Part shown: positions 1-9,727 of the stretch, in pieces
Layout of the letters: the number at the start of each line of letters is the position of its first letter
Numbering within the stretch: the stretch's first letter is position 1
Assembly: GCA_963849325.1 (NCBI GenBank)
Contig: CAWKHF010000006.1
Coordinates: 256,001 to 320,000, forward strand
Length of the DNA: 64,000 nucleotides
Reading direction: 5' to 3'
DNA from: an uncultured Planctomycetota bacterium
GTDB taxonomy: Bacteria > Planctomycetota > Planctomycetia > Gemmatales > Gemmataceae
The notes under the pieces: generated by a model
What the model saw: only the letters and a program-made list of their open reading frames with translations
Database searches by the model: none
What the model was told of the DNA's origin: nothing
Made by a program: the position numbers and the translations under genes

Positions 1-771
1 AAGTGGCGCGACTACTCCGGTCTGCGCGTGGACCGCGATGTCTACGTCCTCAACGTCCTGGAAGCGAACGCTTTTCAGACGCGCTTCGACCTGGCCAAGA
101 TCGGCAAGCCGGTGGACCGCACGCAATGGGAGATGACGCCGCCGACGGTCAACGCCTATTACAACCCGAACCTCAACGAGATCGTCTTCCCGGCCGGCAT
201 TCTGCAACCGCCCTTCTTCGATGCCAGGGCCGACGACGCGGTCAATTACGGAGCGATGGGCATGGTCATCGGCCACGAGCTGACGCACGGCTTCGACGAC
301 CAGGGCCGCAAGTTCGACGCCGACGGCAATCTGCGCGACTGGTGGACGGCGGAAGACGCCAAGACCTACAAGGAACGCGCCGCCCAGATCGCCGACCAGT
401 ACGCGCGCTATGTCCCCATCGACGACCTGAAGATCAACGGCGAGATGACGCTGGGCGAGAACATCGCGGACCTCGGCGGTCTGAAAATCTCCTATCTCGC
501 CTTCCAGAAGACGCTGCGGGGCAAGGCCGCGGAGGAGAAGATCGACGGTTTCACGCCCGGACAGCGTTTTTTCCTGTCCTACGCCATGCTGTGGCGCTGC
601 GCCATTCGGCCGGAGTCACTGCGGCGGCAAGTGCGGACGGACTTCCATTCGCCGGCGCGCTTCCGCGTACTCGGCCCGCTGTACAACACGCCGGAGTTCT
701 TCGAGGCGTTTCAGACGCCGCCCGACGCCGCTCGCAGTCACCTCAACCCCAGGCCGGTGCGGATCTGGTGA
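1..771 (+). CDS. M13 family zinc metalloendopeptidase (PepO/neprilysin-like), C-terminal part, 5' truncated by the window
   Basis: VNAYY, FPAGILQPPF, HELTH zinc motif, GENIAD and HSP motifs. Confidence 0.93.
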   Translation, partial: KWRDYSGLRVDRDVYVLNVLEANAFQTRFDLAKIGKPVDRTQWEMTPPTVNAYYNPNLNEIVFPAGILQPPFFDARADDAVNYGAMGMVIGHELTHGFDDQGRKFDADGNLRDWWTAEDAKTYKERAAQIADQYARYVPIDDLKINGEMTLGENIADLGGLKISYLAFQKTLRGKAAEEKIDGFTPGQRFFLSYAMLWRCAIRPESLRRQVRTDFHSPARFRVLGPLYNTPEFFEAFQTPPDAARSHLNPRPVRIW

Positions 772-825
772 GCACAACTCAGCGAGCGGGGGGCGTCAGC
801 CCCCTGAGAGATGCACAACTCAGCG

Positions 826-914
826 AGCCGTTGACCAAGACCTTCTTTTCGTCGCGGTTCGGCATGGTCGCCGACCGCTTCGGCGTGTCGTGGATGCTTT
901 ACGTCGCGCCTTGA
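826..914 (+). pseudogene. C-terminal remnant of a PhnB/VOC-family protein
   Basis: PLTKTFFSSRFGMVADRFGVSWML matches the PhnB C-terminus; no N-terminal part or start; follows a 16-bp direct repeat at 772-787 and 813-828. Confidence 0.6.
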
Positions 915-1104
915 AGCTGGCACGCCTTCCTTCGGAGCCGGAAGCCCGTGAGCATCTCCCCCAGGCGGGGGATTTGTGCCCACCACGTCCCGCCGTATCC
1001 CGATCCCGGCTGGCAACGAATCCATTCCCATCATTCGCATTAGATCGAGAAGGGACAGGGACTTGCGCGACCGTAGCGCCGTCGGGGATCGTGGAGCGCG
1101 TCCC

Positions 1105-1119
1105 TGGCACAGCCGTTGC
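1105..1119 (+). promoter_or_regulatory. sigma-54 -24/-12 promoter of the MFS operon
   Basis: TGGCAC-AGCCG-TTGC about 50 bp upstream of the ATG at 1168; a sigma-54 activator is encoded in the same operon. Confidence 0.7.
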
Positions 1120-1167
1120 GTTACAGGCTACCGCACGAGAAGTTCTCTTCGGTCATAAGGACTTCGT

Positions 1168-2412
1168 ATGACGACAGCGATTCATCCCCTTCACCCGTCC
1201 TTACGCATCGCTCCTGCCTGGCACGAACCGCGCGTATCCCTCCCGAGCCGAATCGGCCTCAACGCGGCCAACTTCTTTCTGGCCGAGGTCGTCGGCGTCG
1301 TGGTGCCGTTTTTGAGCAAGTACCTGGTGGAGCGCGGCTGGACGGACGGCCATGTCGGCCTGGCCATCGCCCTGGGCGGCCTGGGCGTCTTCCTCATGCA
1401 GACGCCGGCCGGCTTCCTGGTCGATCGCATCCGCAGTCGCCGCGGTCTGCTGGCGGGAGCCTCGTTGCTGTTGGGTCTGTGCTATGGCCTGCTGCCGCTG
1501 CTGCCGGCGCGAGGATCGTGTCTGTATCCGCTGTTGTTCGTCGCCGGCACCAGCCAGGCGTTCTTCGCGCCGCTGCTGGGAGCGCTGGCCCTGGGGTTGG
1601 CCGGACATGCCGGACTCCATCGACTGATCGGCGCCAACCAGGGTTGGAACCACGCCGGCAATCTCGCCGCCGCCCTGGTGGCCATCGTCCTGGTCGCCTG
1701 GCTGCCGGTGCAGTCAATCTTTTACGCCGTCGCCGTCGTGTCCGTCCTGGCCGCCGCCTCGGTGTTCCTCGTCCGGGCCGGCGAGGTGGACGAGGAACGA
1801 GCCTGCGGAGGGCACAACGATGGCCGACCCTCGGTCGGATTTTTCGCCTTGCTGCGCGACCGCCGCGTCGCCATTCTGTTCGTCGCTGTCGCCCTGTTTC
1901 ACCTGGCCAACGCCCCGGTGATGCCGCTGGTCGGCCTGTACGTCGCCCGGCTGGGCGGCACGAACACCCAGGTAGCCTGCGTCGTCCTGGTGGCCCAGGC
2001 GGTCATGGTGCCGGTGGCCTGGCTGGCCGGACGCCTCGGCGAGCGCTGGGGTCGCAAGCCCATCTTCGCCATCGGCTTCATCGTGCTGCCGGTGCGAATC
2101 GTGCTGTACGGGCTGACGGATTCGCCGTGGGCGCTGGTGGCCTTGCAAACGCTGGACGGCATCGGCGCCGGCATTTACGGCGTGGTCATCGTGTCGATGT
2201 GCGCCGACCTGACGCGCGGCACGGGGCGCTTCAACGCCCTGCAAGGGCTGATCGCCACCGCCCTGAGCGTCGGCGGCGTACTCGGCCCGTTTGTCGCCGG
2301 TTTCGTGGTCCAGTATCTCGGCTTCGTGGTGGCGTTTTCGACCTTCGCGGCCATCGCCGCCGTCGCCGCGTTGGTGTTCGTGCTGCTCATGCCGGAGACC
2401 CGGCCCGTTTAG
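1168..2412 (+). CDS. MFS transporter
   Basis: 414 aa, about 12 hydrophobic segments, motif A-like AGFLVDRIRSRR and GRLGERWGRK, C-terminal MPETR. Confidence 0.9.
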   Translation: MTTAIHPLHPSLRIAPAWHEPRVSLPSRIGLNAANFFLAEVVGVVVPFLSKYLVERGWTDGHVGLAIALGGLGVFLMQTPAGFLVDRIRSRRGLLAGASLLLGLCYGLLPLLPARGSCLYPLLFVAGTSQAFFAPLLGALALGLAGHAGLHRLIGANQGWNHAGNLAAALVAIVLVAWLPVQSIFYAVAVVSVLAAASVFLVRAGEVDEERACGGHNDGRPSVGFFALLRDRRVAILFVAVALFHLANAPVMPLVGLYVARLGGTNTQVACVVLVAQAVMVPVAWLAGRLGERWGRKPIFAIGFIVLPVRIVLYGLTDSPWALVALQTLDGIGAGIYGVVIVSMCADLTRGTGRFNALQGLIATALSVGGVLGPFVAGFVVQYLGFVVAFSTFAAIAAVAALVFVLLMPETRPV

Positions 2413-2459
2413 CCGCGACGCGCAGCGGAGCGCGCTCCGCTGCGCGTCGCGGCTAAACG
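2406..2459. repeat. REP-like hairpin family A, perfect 54-bp palindrome
   Basis: CGTTTAGCCGCGACGCGCAGCGGAGCG followed directly by its reverse complement; other copies at 3775, 6586 and 45401. Confidence 0.9.
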
Positions 2460-2489
2460 ACAAACCCCGGAGCAGAGGAGGTTCCCTCG

Positions 2490-3770
2490 ATGGAAGGTCC
2501 ATCGATCGTTGGGCTGACGTCGCTCCTGTTCCTCCTGACCTATGCCGGCCTGGCGCTGGGCAAGGTGCCCGGCCTGCGCATGGATCGCGCCGGCATCGCC
2601 CTGGTCGGCGCCACCCTCATGCTCGTCACCGGCGTCCTGACCCTGCCGCAAGCGGTGGCCGCCGACTCCATCGATTACGAGACGCTCATCCTGCTTCTGG
2701 GCATGATGATCGTGGTCGGCTGTCTGCGTCTGTCCGGCTTCTTCCATCGCCTGGCCCATCGCTGCCTGGACCGCATCCGCACGCCGACCGGATTGCTGGC
2801 CGTGACCATCCTGCTCTCCGGCCTGCTGTCGGCCTTCCTGGTCAACGACATCGTTTGCCTGGCCCTGACGCCGTTGGTGCTGCACCTGGCCCGCCGCATG
2901 CGCTTCCCTCCGGTGCCGCACCTGATTGGCCTGGCGACGGCGGCCAACGTCGGCTCGGCCGGCACCATCACCGGCAATCCGCAAAACATGATTATCGGCA
3001 TCCAGTCGGCCATCTCCTATCAGCGCTTCGCCGCGCGGCTGTTTCCCATCGTCGTCCTCGGCCTCATCCTCAACTTCCTCGTCGTCGCCTTCGTCTACCG
3101 GCGCAGCCTGGCGACGCCGAAGATCGTCGGTGCCCTCGGTCTTACTCCCGGGTACAAGGATTTATCGCCGCGCAGCCGAGCGCACACCTGGCTGATGGGC
3201 AAGAGCGTGCTGGCCGCGCTGGCAGCCGTGACGCTGTTCTTCGTGCTGCCGAGCGATTACCTGCCGGTCATCGCCCTGGGAGCGGCCGCTTTCCTGCTCG
3301 TGGGCCGCATCGTCAATCCGGACAAAATCTATCGCCAAATCGACTGGAGCTTGCTGATCCTGTTCGCCGGCCTGTTCGTCGTCGTCCACGCCTTCAAGGT
3401 CCACGTCGTCCAGTTCTGGGGCATCGACCGTTGGACGTGGCTGCTGGCTCATCCGGTGGATCTGCTCAGCGTGGTGTCGGCCGCCCTGTCGAACCTGGTC
3501 AGCAACGTGCCGGCGGTGCTGTTGTTCGAGCCGATAATACGAGCCATGCCGGAGTCCAGCCGCGAAACAGCGTGGTTGGCGCTGGCCATGTCGAGCACGT
3601 TCGCCGGCAATCTGACCATGCTCGGCTCGGTGGCCAACCTCATCGTGGTCGAGAACGCCCGCCGCGAGGGCGTGGCGATTTCGTTCGCGGAGTATTGCAA
3701 GGTCGGCGTGCCGCTGACGCTGTTGACGCTGGCCGTCGGCGTCGCCTGGCTGATGTTTGTACCGTACTGA
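2490..3770 (+). CDS. ArsB/NhaD (YbiR-like) anion permease
   Basis: LVND, NVGSAGTITGNPQN, SNLVSNVPAV, STFAGNLTMLGSVANLIV motifs. Confidence 0.88.
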   Translation: MEGPSIVGLTSLLFLLTYAGLALGKVPGLRMDRAGIALVGATLMLVTGVLTLPQAVAADSIDYETLILLLGMMIVVGCLRLSGFFHRLAHRCLDRIRTPTGLLAVTILLSGLLSAFLVNDIVCLALTPLVLHLARRMRFPPVPHLIGLATAANVGSAGTITGNPQNMIIGIQSAISYQRFAARLFPIVVLGLILNFLVVAFVYRRSLATPKIVGALGLTPGYKDLSPRSRAHTWLMGKSVLAALAAVTLFFVLPSDYLPVIALGAAAFLLVGRIVNPDKIYRQIDWSLLILFAGLFVVVHAFKVHVVQFWGIDRWTWLLAHPVDLLSVVSAALSNLVSNVPAVLLFEPIIRAMPESSRETAWLALAMSSTFAGNLTMLGSVANLIVVENARREGVAISFAEYCKVGVPLTLLTLAVGVAWLMFVPY

Positions 3771-3774
3771 TTTT

Positions 3775-3838
3775 GTTTAGCCGCGACGCGCAGCGGAGCG
3801 CGGCAATCTCCCGCGCTCCGCTGCGCGTCGCGGCTAAC
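3775..3838. repeat. REP-like hairpin family A
   Basis: GTTTAGCCGCGACGCGCAGCGGAGCGCG-loop-CGCGCTCCGCTGCGCGTCGCGGCTAAC. Confidence 0.9.
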
Positions 3839-3855
3839 CGCAAGGACCACCCCTC

Positions 3856-5106
3856 ATGGACACACGCAACCGTATCGGACTTTACGGATCGTATTTCTTG
3901 TGTATGGCGGGCATCGGCTTCACACTGCCGTATCTGCCGCTGTATCTGCGCCAGCAAGGGTTGTCCGACCGGGCCATCGGCTTCGTCTGGACCTTGGCGG
4001 CGCTGGCGGGGCTTTTGCAATATCCTCTCGGCGTCTGGTCGGATCGCCTGCGGGCGCGCAAGCCGTTCCTGATCGTCGCCCTGGCGGTGCTGGCGGTCTC
4101 GACGTTTCTGCTGTGCGGGGCGCATGGGTCCGTCTGGCTGGGGTTGCTGGTGGTACTGTTCGCCGAAAACGGAGCGTGTCGGGCGACGGTGGAGAGCATG
4201 GCCGGCGCCGAGGCGGTGCATCTGGCCCCGCCGAGCCGAGTCGGGGCGGCGCTCGGCGCGCTGCGTTTCTGGCGGCCGATCGGTATCATGGCGGTGGCCC
4301 TGGCCGGCAGCGTCCTGGCCGATCAGTATGGACCCGGCTCGATCTTGCTGCCGCTGGGCATCGTCCAGGCGCTGGCGGTCGTCGCCGCCCTGCTCATCCA
4401 CGAGGAGTGGCGAGTGGTTAGTGGCGAGTGGCGAGGGAAAAAGACGCCTCTTCCCTCGCCACTCGCCACTAACCACTCGCCACTCCACAGAGGCGATGGC
4501 CGACTGTGGGCGTTCGTGGCCGCCATGATCCTGTTTCACACGGCGGCGGCGCCCGGCGGCGCCTACCTCGGACTGTTCCTCAAGCAAGACCTCGGGGCAG
4601 CGGACTATTTCCTGCCCTACGTGTTCATCGTCATGATGATCGCCTGGATGATGGTCGTCTGGCCGGCCGGTCGGCTGGCGGATCGCGTCGGCCGCAAGCC
4701 GTTGCTGCTGTTGGCCTGGTCGGCCATGACCCTGCGATTGGGCCTGGTCGCCGTGGTGCAAACGCCCGAGCAAGTCCTGTTCATCCAGGTGCTCGACGGG
4801 CTGGCTCAGGGGCTTTTCGGCGTGCTGGCGGCGGCGTGGGTGACGGATCGCTTCGCCGATCCGCGACGGGCCGGCGAGGCGCAGGTGCTGGTCGGTTCGT
4901 GCCTGGTGCTCGGCTCGGCGCTGGGGCCGCTGCTGGCCGGGCTGGTCGTCGAGTCGGTGGGCTATCGCGGCCTGTTCGGCCTGCTGTCGGCGACGGCGGG
5001 GACGGCCACGCTGATCGTGTTGGTCCTGGTGCCGGAAACGCTGCCGGTCGCGGACGCCGAGGCACGGACGACCCAGGCACGCTTGCTGCCGGCGGAGCGC
5101 GGCTGA
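3856..5106 (+). CDS. MFS transporter with an in-frame palindromic insertion in the central loop
   Basis: GVWSDRLRARK and GRLADRVGRK motifs, VPET C-terminus. Confidence 0.88.
   Translation: MDTRNRIGLYGSYFLCMAGIGFTLPYLPLYLRQQGLSDRAIGFVWTLAALAGLLQYPLGVWSDRLRARKPFLIVALAVLAVSTFLLCGAHGSVWLGLLVVLFAENGACRATVESMAGAEAVHLAPPSRVGAALGALRFWRPIGIMAVALAGSVLADQYGPGSILLPLGIVQALAVVAALLIHEEWRVVSGEWRGKKTPLPSPLATNHSPLHRGDGRLWAFVAAMILFHTAAAPGGAYLGLFLKQDLGAADYFLPYVFIVMMIAWMMVVWPAGRLADRVGRKPLLLLAWSAMTLRLGLVAVVQTPEQVLFIQVLDGLAQGLFGVLAAAWVTDRFADPRRAGEAQVLVGSCLVLGSALGPLLAGLVVESVGYRGLFGLLSATAGTATLIVLVLVPETLPVADAEARTTQARLLPAERG
4404..4486. repeat. intragenic heptamer-built inverted repeat
   Basis: GGAGTGGCGAGTGGTTAGTGGCGAGTGGCGAGGGAA ... 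TTCCCTCGCCACTCGCCACTAACCACTCGCCACTCC. Confidence 0.85.
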
Positions 5107-5128
5107 ACGCGGGGCGAGAGAATCGTTC

Positions 5129-6580
5129 ATGGCTGTGCGCTTCGGCCTTCGTTGGCAGATCGTCCTGGTCGTCGCCCTGTTCGTGGCGTCGCTGGCGGTG
5201 TTGCTGTCGAGCAGCCTGGCCGTCTTCTGGATGCCGGCCCGCGAAGTCCAACGGCAGAACGAGTTGACCGAGGCCATCCATCGCATGGCGACGGAGGCGG
5301 CCGGGCTGCTGGAGGACTTGCCGGAACCGCCGCCGCGGAAGCCGCCGCCGGACTGGCCCCGTCGCTTGACCGACATCACCAGCCGCGCCCTGCGCGACTG
5401 TCCGGGCGTGGAAGGCGGCTTTTACCTCGCCGGCGAATGGGGCCGGTTCGTCGGCCACGCCTTCCCCAGCGATCCGCACGCGCCGCCCGAACCGCCGGCT
5501 TCCCGGAGAAAAGACATCCTCCTCGTCCCAAGAAAGGTCATCCGAAAGGCCGCGAGCCGCTCCCGCCGGCACGCCCGATCCGCCGCCCAAGGAATACCCG
5601 TTCGTCCTGGCCCAGTGCCATGCCAGCCTGAGCCGAGACGCCGTGCCGGCCCTCGTGCAGATTTCCGTAATCGGGCCGAGTCGCGTCATGATCGTGACCG
5701 AGCGCGTCGGCGCGGCGCGGCCGGCCCGGATGGCCGCCTGGGTCATGATCCGCCTGACCAGTCCCGAGCAGCTCGCCGAGGACGCGCGGCGCTATCAGAC
5801 CTCGACCGGCCTGGCCCTGGCCGGCGTCGTCGTCGCGCTGATCTTAACGGCGAACCTCGGCCGCAACCTGCGGCAAGAGCGTCGGCAGCGCGAGCAGCTC
5901 CGCGAGGAGCTGCGCCGCTCCGAACACCTCGCCGTCCTGGGCAAGCTGCTGGCCGGCGTCGCCCACGAGGTACGCAATCCCCTGGCCGCCATCCGCTCGA
6001 CCGCCCAGCTGTATCAGCGTCTGCCGCCCGAGGCGCGCAATCCCTCGCGCCTGGACCCGATCCTGCACGGCGTCGATCGCCTCAACGACCTGGTGAGCCG
6101 GCTGCTGTTCTTCGCCCGCTCCGGCCACGAGGCGCGTCGGCCGGTCGATCTCAACGCCGATCGTGCGGGAGACGCTGGCGCTGGTGCGGGCCCAGGCGGA
6201 ATCGCAGCGGATTACTCTGCAGGAGGAGCTGGCCGAGGACGTACCAGCGGTGACGGCCTCGCCGCAGGCGCTGCAACAGGTCGTCCTCAACCTCGTGACC
6301 AACGCCGTGCAGGCCATGCCGGCCGGCGGCACCCTCTGTTGCCGCACGCGCCTCCTCGATGCTCCGCGCCGCGTCGAGCTGTCTGTCGCCGATACCGGGC
6401 CAGGCATCGCTCCGGCGGACCAGGTACACCTGTTCGAGCCGTTCTGGACGACGCGGCCGGAGGGCACCGGCCTGGGTCTGGCGCTGTGCCGCGAGATCGT
6501 GCAGCAGCACGGCGGACAAATCGAGTTGGATGCGGCAAGAGGGCTGGGGCGCCGTCTTCCGCGTGACGCTGCCCTTATAG
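5129..6580 (+). CDS. membrane sensor histidine kinase (NtrB-like), split by frameshifts
   Basis: N-terminal TM, H-box AGVAHEVRNPL, N-box NLVTNAVQAM, DTGPGI, FEPFWTT, GTGLGL spread over several frames. Confidence 0.85.
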
Positions 6581-6585
6581 CCCTT

Positions 6586-6644
6586 GTTTAGCCGCGACGC
6601 GCAGCGGAGCGCGCCCCGCGCTCCGCTGCGCGTCGCGGCTAAAC
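6586..6644. repeat. REP-like hairpin family A
   Basis: same arms as 2406-2459 with a short loop. Confidence 0.9.
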
Positions 6645-6664
6645 GAAGAGGAGAGGAGGCCGCC

Positions 6665-8042
<1,378 letters not shown>

Positions 8043-8062
8043 GGCCAGCCCGTGATCGACGC

Positions 8063-8524
8063 CTACTGTACGTCGTCCTGGCGAGAATGCTGCTGGGAAA
8101 GCTCGCGCTCCAACTCCCGAGCCGTCCGTTCGGCCGCTTCCGGATAAGGACGTTGGGCGCATCTCACCCAGGCGATGACCTGCCGGCACCGTTCTTCTTC
8201 CGTCCGCGGCACGCGGTACGGCGCGATCAGGTCGTCCTCGGTGTCCTCGATCAGCTCGTTGGCCTCGCCAAACTGCTGCTCCGCTTGGCGGAGCGTCAAA
8301 CGGCCGGCGAGAAGATCGTTGATGGCGGCATTCTTGAGTTCCGTCGAATGGGCCAGCGCCGTCATGCGCTCTTGCAGTGCCTCGGAACGGCGAGCCTCGT
8401 GGAGGAGCCATTGGGCCAGGCCCTGCCCGGCGGGCGACCGCGTGTACGCGGCGAAACCCCATACGCTCGCGCACGGAATGGCCAAGGCGACGGCAAAAAG
8501 GAGGAGGGTGGAGAGATATTTCAT
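8063..8524 (-). CDS. hypothetical membrane-anchored helical protein (paralog of 8827-9291)
   Basis: MKYLS start, hydrophobic N-terminus, shared DLxAxRLTLxxAxxQF and YRVPxTE motifs. Confidence 0.7.
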   Translation of the reverse strand: MKYLSTLLLFAVALAIPCASVWGFAAYTRSPAGQGLAQWLLHEARRSEALQERMTALAHSTELKNAAINDLLAGRLTLRQAEQQFGEANELIEDTEDDLIAPYRVPRTEEERCRQVIAWVRCAQRPYPEAAERTARELERELSQQHSRQDDVQ

Positions 8525-8693
8525 AAGCGCCCTTTCCGGCGAAAGGAGATAACAGGCGAGGGGAAAGAAGGCGGGACCGGCCAGGGCAGACTCGATGGAT
8601 CTGTCCCTACCTCTCTCCCTGCGGGGCGAAACCTCGGCGCGTCGGCAAGGAGCGACTGCTCCCCATCGCCGTTGGGGCCGCAAGAGAGAGTTA

Positions 8694-8710
8694 TGCAAGG
8701 AATGTGCCGG
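8694..8710 (-). promoter_or_regulatory. sigma-54 promoter candidate
   Basis: minus strand CGGCAC-ATTCC-TTGCA upstream of 8524. Confidence 0.55.
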
Positions 8711-8826
8711 ACGGCCGGCTCAAGGGAAGGCGGGTGGAACGTGCCGGCACGGAAGGAAGCACCCAAAAAGAACGGCCCCGCTCCGGCGGGGCGCGATCGG
8801 GTTTGGTTCGGTTCCGCGCCCATCAC

Positions 8827-9291
8827 CTACTGGACATCCTCGGAACGAGAAAGGGGTTCTTCCAGCTGGCATTCCAGGTACGAGGCGATTTCCTCGGCCA
8901 GATCGGGCTGTTGGCCCAACTCGGCCCGCACCCAGACGATGATCTGCCGGTACAACTCGTCTTCCGTCTGCGGCACGCGGTACGTCGCCACGAATTCGAG
9001 ATCCTCGTTGCCCCCCTCAATCATCTCGGCGGCCGTCCGGAACTGCTCGGCCGCTTCCGCCAGGGTTAGGCGGTCGGCGACGAGGTCGGCAACGGCGGCC
9101 TTCTTGATTTCGCCCGCACGGGCGATCGTACCGGCGCGCTGCTGCAAGGCGTCGCAGCGTCTCATCTCGAAGAGAATGGTCCTGGCCACGTTCTGGCCTT
9201 CGAGGATCCCCTCGGAAGCGAACAGGCGCGTCACGGCCACGCACAGGACGGCGACGACGACACACAGCAGCAGGCGGGACAGGTACTTCAT
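8827..9291 (-). CDS. hypothetical membrane-anchored helical protein (paralog of 8063-8524)
   Basis: MKYLSRLLL start, alignable end to end with its neighbour, both end DVQ. Confidence 0.7.
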   Translation of the reverse strand: MKYLSRLLLCVVVAVLCVAVTRLFASEGILEGQNVARTILFEMRRCDALQQRAGTIARAGEIKKAAVADLVADRLTLAEAAEQFRTAAEMIEGGNEDLEFVATYRVPQTEDELYRQIIVWVRAELGQQPDLAEEIASYLECQLEEPLSRSEDVQ

Positions 9292-9442
9292 CAACATCCT
9301 CGTCCGGAAGGTCGTGGAAACACCCCGGGGCCACGGCCGGCGGGGTGGAAGATACTGTCGGCTCCTCACCTTCGAGGAGAGCAGTACGCCGTTGGGATCC
9401 GTTTATTCTTCAACACGGAATCAGGTAGGCGTGGAGAGGAGA

Positions 9443-9459
9443 TGCAAGCGCCATGCCGG
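9443..9459 (-). promoter_or_regulatory. sigma-54 promoter candidate
   Basis: minus strand CGGCAT-GGCGC-TTGCA upstream of 9291. Confidence 0.55.
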
Positions 9460-9650
9460 AAAGGTCGCAAACTTCTCGTTTATCCACGGGGCGTCATGGA
9501 TCCTATCTTAAGGTGATGCAATATTGGAACTTGAGACAAATAACGAAAGTGCGTTTTTCGCTTCCGCGCGGAGGAAGTCGGCGGAAAAGACCCCGGCGCT
9601 TTGTGTCGAAAATCGTCAGATGGAGCGATTTTGCACAGAGGAGGCGTCCG

Positions 9651-9703
9651 AGCCGCGACCGTCAGGGAGCGCGGGAAAATATCGCTCCCTGACGGTCGCG
9701 GCT
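9651..9703. repeat. REP-like hairpin family B, downstream of pyc
   Basis: AGCCGCGACCGTCAGGGAGCG ... CGCTCCCTGACGGTCGCGGCT; related copy at 36201-36260. Confidence 0.85.
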
Positions 9704-9727
9704 AACGGAACTTTTTTCCCTCGCCTC

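Noticed and set aside
2406-6644. Repeated palindromes as a CRISPR array
   Set aside because: Copies are kilobases apart at gene ends, with no regular spacers and no cas genes.
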